Assembly (NCBI GenBank): GCA_965214705.1 | Contig: OZ243972.1 | Span: 3,808,001-3,872,000 of the forward strand | DNA length: 64,000 bases | Reading direction: 5' to 3' | Origin: Alphaproteobacteria bacterium | GTDB taxonomy: Bacteria; Pseudomonadota; Alphaproteobacteria; UBA828 | In this document: in pieces, positions 21,101 to 30,435 of the stretch | How positions within the stretch are numbered: the stretch's first letter is position 1 | Layout of the letters: every line of letters begins with the position of its first letter | Notes under the pieces: model-generated | The model's input: only the letters and a program-made list of their open reading frames with translations | What the model was told of the DNA's origin: nothing | Database searches by the model: none | Program-made: the position numbers and the translations under genes

Positions 21101-23137
21101 ATGGCCGGCGACTCGCTGCTGTGGACGCCGTTTCGGCTGCGCAGACTCGAGCTTCGCAACCGCTTCGTCCTGCTGGCCCACTGGAACGGGCTCGACGCGC
21201 CTGACGGCACGCCGACCGACGACCTCGCCGCCTACTACGCGACGCGGGCGCGGGGCGGGGCCGGTCTCATCGTGACCGGCAGCCACGCCATGCATCCGAT
21301 CGGCCAAATGAGCCCGAACTACGGTCGGGCGTGGGATCGGGAGGCAATTCCGGCCTATCGGCGCCTCGTCGAAGCTGTCCATCCCCACGGCGCTCATGTG
21401 TTTGCCCAGCTCAGCCACGCCGGGCACACCAGCCTCAGCCATCCGCCGCAGGAACTCTGGGCGCCCTCCCAGATGCCCGAGCCGTACTCGCGCTACAACA
21501 CGGTCGAGATGGGGCCGGCGGAGATCGAGGCGGTCGTCGAGGGGTTCGCAGCGTCGGCGGTCAACATGCGCGAAGCGGGCTACGATGGGGTCGAGATCAA
21601 GGTCGGTCACGACGGCCTCCTGCGCAGCTTCGTCTCTCCCTTCTTCAACCGCAGGGAGGACGCCTACGGCGGCTCCTTCGAGAACCGCATGCGCCTTCCG
21701 CTCGAGGTTCTGGCGGCGATGCGGGCCGCGGTCGGCCCCGACTGGCCCATCTCGGTCCGCCTCTGCCTGCACGAGTACACCCCATTCGGCTACGGCCTCG
21801 ACTACGGTCTTGAAGTGGGCCGGGCGCTCGCGGCAAGCGGGCACGTCGATCTCTTCAGCTCCGACGCGGGATCGTTCAGCAGCTTCTGGATGGAGGTGCC
21901 GCCGGCAGCGGTGCCGCAGCTCGCCTTCAACGACCTGAACGCCGCCCTCAAGCGGGCGACTCCGCTGCCGGTGGTCGCCTTCGGGCGGATCAAGAAACCG
22001 GCGGACGCGGAGCGCATACTCCAAGAGGGCGATGCGGACCTCATCGGCATGGCGCGCCAGCTCATCGCGGACCCAGAACTCCCCAACAAGGTCCGCGAGG
22101 GCCGGCTTCGCGAAGTGCGGCCCTGCATCGCCTGCAACGACGCCTGCATCCTCCAGATCATGCAACGAGACCCGATCCGCTGCGTGTCGAACCCAGCGGC
22201 CGGGCGCGAGCTGCAGCGTGACATCTTGACGCCCGCTACGGCGCCCCGTCACGTTGCGGTGGCGGGCGGCGGTCCGGCCGGGCTGAGCGCCGCGGTGACC
22301 CTTGCGCGTCGCGGCCATCGCGTCACCCTGTTCGAACGCGAGAACGAGCCGGGCGGCCTCATCCGGCTCGCGGCGCGCCAGCCTCTTCACGACGAGATCG
22401 GGGACTCGGTGCGGCACCTTGCTTCGGAGGCGGAGCGTCTCGGGGTGGACGTGCGGCTGGGAGCGGAGGCGAGCGCGGACGCGATCGAGGCGCTCGGCCC
22501 CGACGCGGCGATTATCGCCACCGGCTCGCGACCCTACATGCCGGGGCGCGACGCGGCTGACGGACCGAGCCCGCCCCTCGCAACGGAGGGCCTCTGGGCC
22601 TCCATGGGCGGGCTCGTCCCCGGCGTTGCCGACGACCCGAGAGTGGTCTCCACCGACGACGTGATGTCGGGGCGCGTCGAGGCGGGGCGCAGCGTCGTGG
22701 TGCTGGACCGCAACGCGCACTGGGAGGCGTGCGGCACCGCCGAGTTCCTGCTGGAGGCGGGCCGGCAGGTCGAGTTCGTGACGCCGCTCGGGGCGGCCGG
22801 GGCGGACCTGGAACCCAGCAACGCTGCGCTCTACTACCAGCGCGTGCGACAGCAAGGGCTTCGCATCACCTTGCACTCGGATATCCGCTCGATCGAGCCG
22901 GACGGCGTGGTCCTGATCGACGTCCACACCGACGAGGAGCGGGTCCTCCGCGATGTCGATACAATCGTGCTCGCCATCGGGCGCCGGTCGAACGACGCGC
23001 TCTTCTGGGCGTTGCGGGAGCGGCTGCCCACCTTCCGCATCGGCGACTGCCGCGCGCCGCGCCTGCTCCAGCACGCGATCTACGACGGGGACACCATCGG
23101 GCGCGAGCTGGACGCGCGGCTCGCCGCGGCCGAATGA
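21101..23137 (+). CDS. FMN/FAD/[4Fe-4S] oxidoreductase, OYE-like (FadH/TMADH architecture)
   Basis: LRNR, QLSHAG, YGGSFENRMR, CIACNDAC...C Fe-S motif, GGGPAG, IGDC. Confidence 0.88.
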   Translation: MAGDSLLWTPFRLRRLELRNRFVLLAHWNGLDAPDGTPTDDLAAYYATRARGGAGLIVTGSHAMHPIGQMSPNYGRAWDREAIPAYRRLVEAVHPHGAHVFAQLSHAGHTSLSHPPQELWAPSQMPEPYSRYNTVEMGPAEIEAVVEGFAASAVNMREAGYDGVEIKVGHDGLLRSFVSPFFNRREDAYGGSFENRMRLPLEVLAAMRAAVGPDWPISVRLCLHEYTPFGYGLDYGLEVGRALAASGHVDLFSSDAGSFSSFWMEVPPAAVPQLAFNDLNAALKRATPLPVVAFGRIKKPADAERILQEGDADLIGMARQLIADPELPNKVREGRLREVRPCIACNDACILQIMQRDPIRCVSNPAAGRELQRDILTPATAPRHVAVAGGGPAGLSAAVTLARRGHRVTLFERENEPGGLIRLAARQPLHDEIGDSVRHLASEAERLGVDVRLGAEASADAIEALGPDAAIIATGSRPYMPGRDAADGPSPPLATEGLWASMGGLVPGVADDPRVVSTDDVMSGRVEAGRSVVVLDRNAHWEACGTAEFLLEAGRQVEFVTPLGAAGADLEPSNAALYYQRVRQQGLRITLHSDIRSIEPDGVVLIDVHTDEERVLRDVDTIVLAIGRRSNDALFWALRERLPTFRIGDCRAPRLLQHAIYDGDTIGRELDARLAAAE

Positions 23138-23165
23138 CGGCGGTCGCCTCAGGATGGAGGATTCC

Positions 23166-24578
23166 ATGACGGACTTGTCCCTCGCCTACACGCCGGCGAC
23201 GACGCTCGCCGGACTGATCCGGGAGAAGAAGGTCTCGCCCGTCGACGTGGTGCAGAACAGTCTCGCCCGCATCGAGGAGGTGAACGGCGCGCTCAATGCG
23301 TTCTGCTTCACCTATCCCGAGGAAGCGCTGGCCCAGGCGCGGGAGGCCGAGCGCGCGGTCATGGCGGGGGAGCCGCTCGGGCCGCTCCACGGCGTGCCCA
23401 TCGCCATCAAGGACCTGACGCCGACCAAGGGCAAGCGCACCACGCTCGGCTCCCTGATCTTCGAGAACTGGGTGCCGGATTTCGATGTGCCCATCGTCGA
23501 GCGACTGCGCGCGGCAGGCAGCATTCTGGTAGGCAAGACCACGACGCCCGAGTTCGCTTATGCGGGGTTTTGCAAGAGCGCGCTCTGGGGCGACACCAAC
23601 AATCCCTGGGACACGACGCGCTCGCCGGGCGGCTCGTCCGGCGGATCGGGCGCTGCGGTCGCGACCGGCTGCGTGCCAATCGCGGAGGGGACCGACGCAG
23701 GCGGCTCGGTCCGCATCCCGGCGGCCTATTGCGGCACCGTCGGACTGAAACCGACGTTCGGACGCATCCCGCTGCAGATGCTGCCGACCGCGTTCGACGA
23801 CCTGCTTCACTTCGGCCCGCTCTCGCGAACGGTTGCGGACGCGGCGCTCTTCCTGAGCGTGACTCAGGGCCCCGATGATCGAGATTTTCTCTCGTTGCCC
23901 GCGGGCCCCGAGATCCAGGTGCCCCCGCCGGCGGATGTCCGGGGCCTGAAGCTGGCGGTGAATTACGACTTCGGCTTCTACGCCATCGACGACGACGTGC
24001 GCGCCCGGACCCGGGAGGCTGCGCGTGCGCTCCAGGACGCCGGGGCCACGGTCGAGGAGGTGGAGATCGCCTGGACGCGTGACGTCATCGACCGCTGGGT
24101 CGATCATTGGGGCGTGCTGCAGGCCGCCTGCTTCGGCCAGCATCTCGACGAGTGGCGGGACCGGATGGATCCGGTCCTGGTCTCCTACATGGACAGGGGC
24201 CTCGCCATGAGCGCGGTCGATTTCAAGAACATCGAGATCTTTCGCACGCAAATGTGGGAGGACCTGCGGCCGATCTTCGCCGAGTACGACGCGCTGCTCA
24301 CGCCCACCTGCGCGCAGCCGCCCCCGCCCAACGACACGCTCGATCCCGACTACTACCGCGTGGACGAGCAGGGGCGCTTCTGCGGGCTCTACATGACCTA
24401 TCCGTTCAACTTCCTGCATCAATGCCCGGCGCTCGCGGTGCCCTCCGGGGTCACGAGATCGGGGCTGCCGACCAGCCTGCAGATCGTCGGCCGGCGCCAC
24501 GACGACAACGGCGTGCTGCGGATCGGCGCCGCGCTTGAGGCGGTCCGTCCCTGGGCCGCGCGCACGCCATCGCTGTAG
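23166..24578 (+). CDS. Amidase signature family protein
   Basis: LHGVPIAIKD, GKTTTPE, GGSSGGS, GTDAGGSVRIPA; GGAGG RBS before ATG 23166. Confidence 0.93.
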   Translation: MTDLSLAYTPATTLAGLIREKKVSPVDVVQNSLARIEEVNGALNAFCFTYPEEALAQAREAERAVMAGEPLGPLHGVPIAIKDLTPTKGKRTTLGSLIFENWVPDFDVPIVERLRAAGSILVGKTTTPEFAYAGFCKSALWGDTNNPWDTTRSPGGSSGGSGAAVATGCVPIAEGTDAGGSVRIPAAYCGTVGLKPTFGRIPLQMLPTAFDDLLHFGPLSRTVADAALFLSVTQGPDDRDFLSLPAGPEIQVPPPADVRGLKLAVNYDFGFYAIDDDVRARTREAARALQDAGATVEEVEIAWTRDVIDRWVDHWGVLQAACFGQHLDEWRDRMDPVLVSYMDRGLAMSAVDFKNIEIFRTQMWEDLRPIFAEYDALLTPTCAQPPPPNDTLDPDYYRVDEQGRFCGLYMTYPFNFLHQCPALAVPSGVTRSGLPTSLQIVGRRHDDNGVLRIGAALEAVRPWAARTPSL

Positions 24579-24612
24579 GCCACTGGGTCGCGGCCTGCGG
24601 CGCGCCGGCGCA

Positions 24613-24641
24613 TTGCGCTTTGACGCAGCCTTGGGCATAAA
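24613..24641 (+). promoter_or_regulatory. Putative sigma70 promoter of proS
   Basis: TTGCGC-N17-CATAAA upstream of proS. Confidence 0.4.
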
Positions 24642-24674
24642 CGCGGCGCGTTCGTTGGGAGTGAGGCGACGGTC

Positions 24675-25991
24675 ATGCGGCGCTCACGCTACTTCTTGCC
24701 GACCCTGAGAGAGAACCCGGCCGAGGCGCAAATCGTCTCGCACCGGCTGATGCTGCGCGCCGGCATGATCCGGCAGTCGAGCGCCGGCATCTACAGCTGG
24801 CTGCCGCTCGGCCACCGGGTGCTGCGCAAGATCGAGCAGGTGGTGCGCGAGGAGATGGACGCCGCCGGCTGCCAGGAGATCCTGATGCCGGCGATACAGC
24901 CGGCCGAGCTCTGGGAGGAGAGCGGCCGCTACCACGACTACGGCAAGGAGATGCTGCGTATCACCGACCGGCACGAGCGCCCGATGCTGTTCGGCCCGAC
25001 CCATGAAGAGGTCGTGACCGACATCTTCCGGGGCTCGGTGCGCAGCTACCGCGATCTGCCGCAGAACCTCTACCAAATTCAGTGGAAGTTTCGGGATGAG
25101 CTGCGTCCACGCTTCGGCATCATGCGGGGCCGCGAGTTCTACATGAAGGACAACTACTCCTTCGATATCGACCATGCCAGCGCCGTGCGCTCCTACAACA
25201 AGATGTTCGTGGCGTACCTGCGCACCTTCGCCCGGCTCGGGCTCACCTCGATCCCCATGCAGGCTGAGAGCGGGGCCATCGGCGGCGACTACAGCCACGA
25301 GTTCATCGTGCTGGCGGATACGGGCGAGAGCGCGGTGTACTGCGACCGCGCCTGGCTCGACACCGACCCGCTGGCGCTGGGAATCGACTACGAGGCGGAC
25401 CTGCAGCCCATCGTGGACGAGTGGACCCGGCTCTACGCCGCGACCGACGACAAGCACGACCCCGCCGCCTGCCCGGTGGCCGAGGACGCGCTCTACCAGG
25501 GGCGGGGCATCGAGGTCGGCCACATCTTCTACTTCGGCACCAAGTACTCGAAGGCCATGGGCGCCACGGTGACCGACCCGGACGGTGCCGAGGTCGCGGT
25601 CGAGATGGGCTCTTACGGCATCGGCGTCTCGCGCCTCGCGGGCGCGATCATCGAGGCGGGCCACGACGATGCGGGCATCATCTGGCCCGAGGTCGTGGCC
25701 CCGTTCAAGGTGGGCCTGATCAACCTGCGCGCGGGCGATGCGGCGTGCGACGAGGCTTGCGAGGCGCTCTATGGGCGGCTCGTGGAGGCGGGAGTCGAGG
25801 TGCTCTACGACGACAGGGACGAGCGCGCGGGCGTCAAGTTCGCCGAGATGGAGCTGATCGGGCTGCCCTGGCAGGTCGCGGTCGGCCCGCGCGGCGTCAA
25901 GTCCGGCACGGCGGAGCTGAAGGCGCGGGCCGGCGGAGAGGCCGAGGCGCTCTCGTTCGACTCGGTGTCGGCACGCTTGATCGGGGGCTAA
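24675..25991 (+). CDS. proS: Proline--tRNA ligase (short form without editing domain)
   Basis: [50 protein letters not shown]. Confidence 0.97.
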   Translation: MRRSRYFLPTLRENPAEAQIVSHRLMLRAGMIRQSSAGIYSWLPLGHRVLRKIEQVVREEMDAAGCQEILMPAIQPAELWEESGRYHDYGKEMLRITDRHERPMLFGPTHEEVVTDIFRGSVRSYRDLPQNLYQIQWKFRDELRPRFGIMRGREFYMKDNYSFDIDHASAVRSYNKMFVAYLRTFARLGLTSIPMQAESGAIGGDYSHEFIVLADTGESAVYCDRAWLDTDPLALGIDYEADLQPIVDEWTRLYAATDDKHDPAACPVAEDALYQGRGIEVGHIFYFGTKYSKAMGATVTDPDGAEVAVEMGSYGIGVSRLAGAIIEAGHDDAGIIWPEVVAPFKVGLINLRAGDAACDEACEALYGRLVEAGVEVLYDDRDERAGVKFAEMELIGLPWQVAVGPRGVKSGTAELKARAGGEAEALSFDSVSARLIGG

Positions 25992-26000
25992 CCCACACGC

Positions 26001-27245
26001 ATGTTCTCGGCCTTCGAACGCCTCGTCGCGTTTCGCTACCTGCGCGCCCGCCGACAGGAAGGTCTCGTCTCGGTCATCGCGGCGTTCTCGCTGATCGGGA
26101 TTTTCCTGGGCGTCGCCACGCTCATCATCGTCATGTCCGTGATGAACGGCTTTCGCGAGGAGCTGCTGACCCGCATTCTCGGGCTCAACGGCCACATGAC
26201 CACCTACGCCTTCGAGGACGGCTTTACCGACTACGATGCGCTCGTGGGGCGCATCCAGGGAGTGGACGGCGTCGTCACCGTCTCGCCCATCGTCACCGGC
26301 CAAGTGATCGCAGCAGCGAACGGCAGGGCCACCTTCGGCCAGGTGCGTGGCGTGCGCGAGGCCCACCTGGAGGCGCGGCCTTTGTTGATGGAGAACGTCA
26401 TCGGCGGCACGCTCGACGGTTTCGCGGCCGGCGACGGCGTCGTGATCGGCAACCGCATGGCGCGCAAGCTCGGCGTCCGTGTCGGCGATTCGATCACGCT
26501 TCTCTCGCCGGAAGGCCGGACGACCCTGATGGGGTCAGTGCCGCGCTCGCGCGCCTACCCGGTGGCGGCAACCTTCGATATCGGCATGTTCGAATACGAC
26601 GCCACGTTCGTCTTCATGCCGCTCGATCTCGCCCAAATCTATTTCAGGAAGAAGGGCATGGTTACCGCCATCGAGATGACGGTCGCCGACCCCGAACGAA
26701 TTCGGGAGGTCGAGGCCGGCGTGAAGCAGGTGGTGGGTAGCCAGGGCTGGATCGTCGACTGGCGCCGGGCCAACGCGCAGTTCGTCAACGCGCTCCAGGT
26801 CGAGCGCAACGTCATGTTCGTGATCCTGACCCTGATCGTGCTGGTGGCTGCGTTCAACATCATCGCCGGGCTAATCATGGTGGTGAAGGACAAGGGGCGC
26901 GATATTGCGATCCTGCGGACGATGGGGGCGACGCGCGGGCAAATCCTGCGCATCTTCTTCATGAACGGCGCGGCGATCGGCGTGGCGGGGACAGTGCTGG
27001 GCGTGGGCGGCGGTGTCGCCTTCGCCGCCAACATCGACACCATTCGGGTCTGGCTCGAGGGCTTGACCGATACGGAGCTGTTCCCGGCCGAGATCCGCTT
27101 CCTCTCGCAACTGCCGTCGCGGACCGATCCGACCGAGGTGGTGATCGTGGCAGCGATGGCGATCGGGCTCTCGTTCCTGGCGACGATCTATCCCGCCTGG
27201 CGGGCGGCGCGGCTCGATCCGGTGGAGGCGCTCCGGTATGAGTAG
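26001..27245 (+). CDS. lolC: Lipoprotein-releasing ABC transporter permease LolC/E
   Basis: RYLRARR, GVATLIIVMSVMNGF, AAFNII, DIAILRTMGA, LDPVEALRYE. Confidence 0.93.
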   Translation: MFSAFERLVAFRYLRARRQEGLVSVIAAFSLIGIFLGVATLIIVMSVMNGFREELLTRILGLNGHMTTYAFEDGFTDYDALVGRIQGVDGVVTVSPIVTGQVIAAANGRATFGQVRGVREAHLEARPLLMENVIGGTLDGFAAGDGVVIGNRMARKLGVRVGDSITLLSPEGRTTLMGSVPRSRAYPVAATFDIGMFEYDATFVFMPLDLAQIYFRKKGMVTAIEMTVADPERIREVEAGVKQVVGSQGWIVDWRRANAQFVNALQVERNVMFVILTLIVLVAAFNIIAGLIMVVKDKGRDIAILRTMGATRGQILRIFFMNGAAIGVAGTVLGVGGGVAFAANIDTIRVWLEGLTDTELFPAEIRFLSQLPSRTDPTEVVIVAAMAIGLSFLATIYPAWRAARLDPVEALRYE

Positions 27246-27936
27246 CACGCAAGAGAGCAGTGCGTCCTCGCTGGAACTGCGCGGGGTGATGCAGACCTTC
27301 TATCAGGCGGGCAATGCCATCGAGGTGTTGAAGGGTGCCTCGCTCTCGGTCTCGCCGGGGGAGATGGTGGCGCTGGTGGGACCGTCGGGCGCCGGCAAGT
27401 CGACGCTGCTGCAGATCGCCGGGCTACTGGAACGGCCAGGTGCCGGCGAGGTCGCCATCGCGGGCGAGCGTTGCGAAGGCTTGCCGGACCGGCGCCGGAC
27501 CAGGCTCAGGCGCGAGCGTCTGGGTTTCATCTATCAATTCCACCACCTGCTGGCCGAGTTCTCGGCGCTGGAGAACGTGGTACTGCCGCAGATGATCGCA
27601 GGCCGCTCCAAGCGCCAGGCGCGGGAGCGGGCACGGGAACTGCTGGGCCGCCTCGGGCTCGATGCGCGCGAGGGGCACCGGCCCTCACGCCTCTCGGGCG
27701 GCGAGCAGCAGCGCGTCGCCATCGCGCGCGCCATCGCCAACAAGCCGGCGGTGCTGCTCGCGGACGAGCCCACCGGCAATCTCGACCACGACACGGCGGA
27801 CTCGGTGTTCGCGGCGCTTCTCGATATCGTGCGCACGACCGGGCTTGCCGCGCTCGTTGCGACCCACAACATGGCGCTGGCCGAGCGCATGGACCGGCGG
27901 CTCGCGCTGGAGAACGGTGTCCTCGTCTCGCTCTGA
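27238..27936 (+). CDS. lolD: Lipoprotein-releasing ABC transporter ATPase
   Basis: GPSGAGKS, GFIYQFHHLL, LSGGEQQR, LADEPTGNLD. Confidence 0.93.
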   Translation: MSSTQESSASSLELRGVMQTFYQAGNAIEVLKGASLSVSPGEMVALVGPSGAGKSTLLQIAGLLERPGAGEVAIAGERCEGLPDRRRTRLRRERLGFIYQFHHLLAEFSALENVVLPQMIAGRSKRQARERARELLGRLGLDAREGHRPSRLSGGEQQRVAIARAIANKPAVLLADEPTGNLDHDTADSVFAALLDIVRTTGLAALVATHNMALAERMDRRLALENGVLVSL

Positions 27937-27940
27937 ACCG

Positions 27941-28666
27941 ATGACCTCAAATAGAGAATCCGCGCCCGTTCTGCTCGTGACCCACGTCACGGCCGGCGAC
28001 GTGGGTGCGATCCCGGAATTGCTCGCCGGCTTGGGGTGGCAAAGCCGGGTCATGCGGGCCAACAAGGGCGAGCCCTTCCCCGCCGATGTCGAATCGCTCG
28101 GCGGCGTGGTCTCTTACGGCGGTCCGCAGAGCGCGAACGACGATCACACCGATTACATCCGGGCGGAACTGGAATGGATGCCGCGCGTGATGGCGGCTGG
28201 TGTGCCGCTGCTCGGCGTCTGCCTCGGCAGCCAAATGGTAGCGCGCACCTTGGGCGCGACGGTGGGGCCCGACCCCGATGGGCTCTACGAGTTCGGCTAC
28301 TACCCGATCGAGCCGGTGGACGGTGCGGCCGAAGACCTGGCCCTCGACGGGACGCTCAACGTGGCCCATCGCCACGGCGAGGCGTTCACCATCCCGGCCG
28401 GTGCGCGCCGGCTCGCACGGCGCGACGTGTTCGAGAACCAGGCGTTTCGCTACGGGGCGACGACCTGGGGCGTGCAGTTCCATCCAGAGGTCAACGACGC
28501 GGTGCTGGGGCGCTGGCTCAACGCGGACCCGCCGCCGGCCGATCTAGAGCGCAACGGCGCGCAGACGATAGCGTTGCAGCGCGCCCATCACGCGCGCCAT
28601 CAGCGGGCGATGCACGACTGGCTCGGGCGCTTCCTCGCGCTCTGGCTCGCCAGCGCGGAGCGCTGA
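27941..28666 (+). CDS. Type 1 glutamine amidotransferase-like protein
   Basis: GGPQS, nucleophile elbow GVCLGSQ, QFHPE triad; start ATG 27941. Confidence 0.85.
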   Translation: MTSNRESAPVLLVTHVTAGDVGAIPELLAGLGWQSRVMRANKGEPFPADVESLGGVVSYGGPQSANDDHTDYIRAELEWMPRVMAAGVPLLGVCLGSQMVARTLGATVGPDPDGLYEFGYYPIEPVDGAAEDLALDGTLNVAHRHGEAFTIPAGARRLARRDVFENQAFRYGATTWGVQFHPEVNDAVLGRWLNADPPPADLERNGAQTIALQRAHHARHQRAMHDWLGRFLALWLASAER

Positions 28667-28667
28667 C

Positions 28668-29261
28668 ATGGTCGCGAGCCTGATCGTCGGCGTGACCGGC
28701 GCGAGCGGCGCCGTCTACGGCGTGCGTCTACTCGAGGTGCTGCACGAGACGCCGGTCGAAACCCACCTTGTCGTCAGCAAGTGGGGGCAGCGAACGCTGG
28801 AGCACGAGACCGGCCGGAGCCTTGGTGACCTGCGCGCGCTCGCGGACCATCACTACGGCGCAGGGGACATGGCGGCGCTAATGTCGTCGGGCTCGGCGGC
28901 CATCGACGGCATGGCGGTCGCGCCCTGCTCGGCGCGGAGCCTCGCCGCGATCGCCTGCGGGCTCAGCGAGAACCTGATCCACCGCGCGGCCGATGTCATG
29001 ATCAAGGAGCGCCGGCCGCTCGTGCTCATGGTGCGCGAGACTCCGCTCAGTGCGATCCACCTGGAGAACATGCTCAAGCTGGCGCGGCTCGGGGTGACGA
29101 TCCTGCCGCCCGTTCCGGCCTTCTACAACGTGCCGGGATCGATCGACGAGATCGTCGATTACACCGTCGCAAGGGCGCTGGACCAGTTCGGGCTCAAGCT
29201 CGAACCGAACAAACGTTGGCGCGGCGAGCTTGTGCGTCATGCGGCATCCTCAGAGGGCTGA
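28668..29261 (+). CDS. ubiX: UbiX family flavin prenyltransferase
   Basis: GVTGASG, SSGS, APCS, RAADV.IKERR, RETPL, PAFY. Confidence 0.92.
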   Translation: MVASLIVGVTGASGAVYGVRLLEVLHETPVETHLVVSKWGQRTLEHETGRSLGDLRALADHHYGAGDMAALMSSGSAAIDGMAVAPCSARSLAAIACGLSENLIHRAADVMIKERRPLVLMVRETPLSAIHLENMLKLARLGVTILPPVPAFYNVPGSIDEIVDYTVARALDQFGLKLEPNKRWRGELVRHAASSEG

Positions 29262-29294
29262 TGTAAGTCGGGGCCGTATAGACCGGCCCCGAAA

Positions 29295-29963
29295 TCAGAA
29301 CGTGTGGGCTGCCGCGATCGCGATGGCCCGCTCGATATCGGCAATCGCCCCAGCCATCTCGCGCCCGATCAGGTCCATCTTGCGAATCTGCTCAATGCGC
29401 GGCTCGACCCGGTCGATCTCCCGCTTCGAGTAAATCGTCCGCAGGATGTTGCAGCTATCGACGAGGCAGATAAGGGCGACATCACGCGGGTCGGGAATTT
29501 CGTCCGAGAACAGCACGTCCGAGATGCGCTTCTTCGCCTCCTGCTCCACCTTGCCGTCGATGGTGGGGTAACGGCGGGAGCGAAAGACCCAAAGGAATTT
29601 TTCCTCCTGACGCTGCAACACGCCGCGCTCCACCAGTTTTTCGAGCGCAGTCGCCCGAATCGTCGCGTCGTGACTGGCGGATGCTTCCTCGGCGGAGAGG
29701 GTCTCGATCCACGCCCTGCTGTCCGCCGAACTCTTCTCGCCAGCGATCCGGGCCAGCGTGCGGTCCAGCAGGGGATCGCCGGTCGGGTTGGTATCGATGA
29801 CCATCAGTTGTTCGGGGTCGGTATCGATCCGGTTCGCGAACGCCAGGTCCATCAGGACCGCGCCCGTCAGCGCACGGTTGAGCGTGTGCTCGCTCACTGG
29901 CAGGAAGGTGCCGTTCTCGTCGTGGAGAAGCAGCACCATGATTTCTTCATAGAATGTCAGCAT
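29295..29963 (-). CDS. GPP34 (GOLPH3/Vps74-like) family protein
   Basis: EEI..LLL.D, GAVLMDL...RI, TGDPLLD, LVERGVL, FLWVF..RRYP. Confidence 0.8.
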   Translation of the reverse strand: MLTFYEEIMVLLLHDENGTFLPVSEHTLNRALTGAVLMDLAFANRIDTDPEQLMVIDTNPTGDPLLDRTLARIAGEKSSADSRAWIETLSAEEASASHDATIRATALEKLVERGVLQRQEEKFLWVFRSRRYPTIDGKVEQEAKKRISDVLFSDEIPDPRDVALICLVDSCNILRTIYSKREIDRVEPRIEQIRKMDLIGREMAGAIADIERAIAIAAAHTF

Positions 29964-30014
29964 GGCACCGAATTCCGGGGTCAGGTCAGGGCTGGAGACT
30001 GCGAGGACGGCACC

Positions 30015-30350
30015 TCATGCAAGCGCCGCAATAGCCGCCTCGCTCGTGTCATGGCACTCGATGATCGCTAGAAATCCGCTCATTTCCATGACCGATCGAC
30101 AATCGGGTTGCAGGGCGGCCACGGTCAGTTTCCCGCCGCCTTGCTGGCATTTCCTCGCGCTAACCAGCAATGCCCGCAGCCCCGCGCTGCTCACGTAACC
30201 CATCTCCGCGCAATCCAGTGCCACACGAACGTCTCCACGCTCCACAATCGCAGTAATCGTGGCCTCCAGATCCGGCGCAGTCACTCCGTCCAAGCGGCCG
30301 TTAAGGGAGACGACGACAGCTGCTCCCTCGGTCCTTTCAACAATGTCCAT
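30015..30350 (-). CDS. STAS domain anti-sigma factor antagonist
   Basis: GRLD...AP.L, YVSSAGLR (phosphoacceptor Ser), MSGF. Confidence 0.88.
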   Translation of the reverse strand: MDIVERTEGAAVVVSLNGRLDGVTAPDLEATITAIVERGDVRVALDCAEMGYVSSAGLRALLVSARKCQQGGGKLTVAALQPDCRSVMEMSGFLAIIECHDTSEAAIAALA

Positions 30351-30435
30351 CGCGGCCTCGCCCTCCGCTTTGGGTTACCCGCGCTCGGCGGCACGCGGGA
30401 CAAAGATACGCTGTTCGAGTCGTTTTCTGCAATGG

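Noticed and set aside
19982-23167. 1061-aa minus-strand ORF and similar long antisense ORFs (38349-41033, 5832-7745, 61205-63409, 24684-26366)
   Set aside because: All overlap well-supported genes on the opposite strand and have the low-information composition expected from stop-poor high-GC frames
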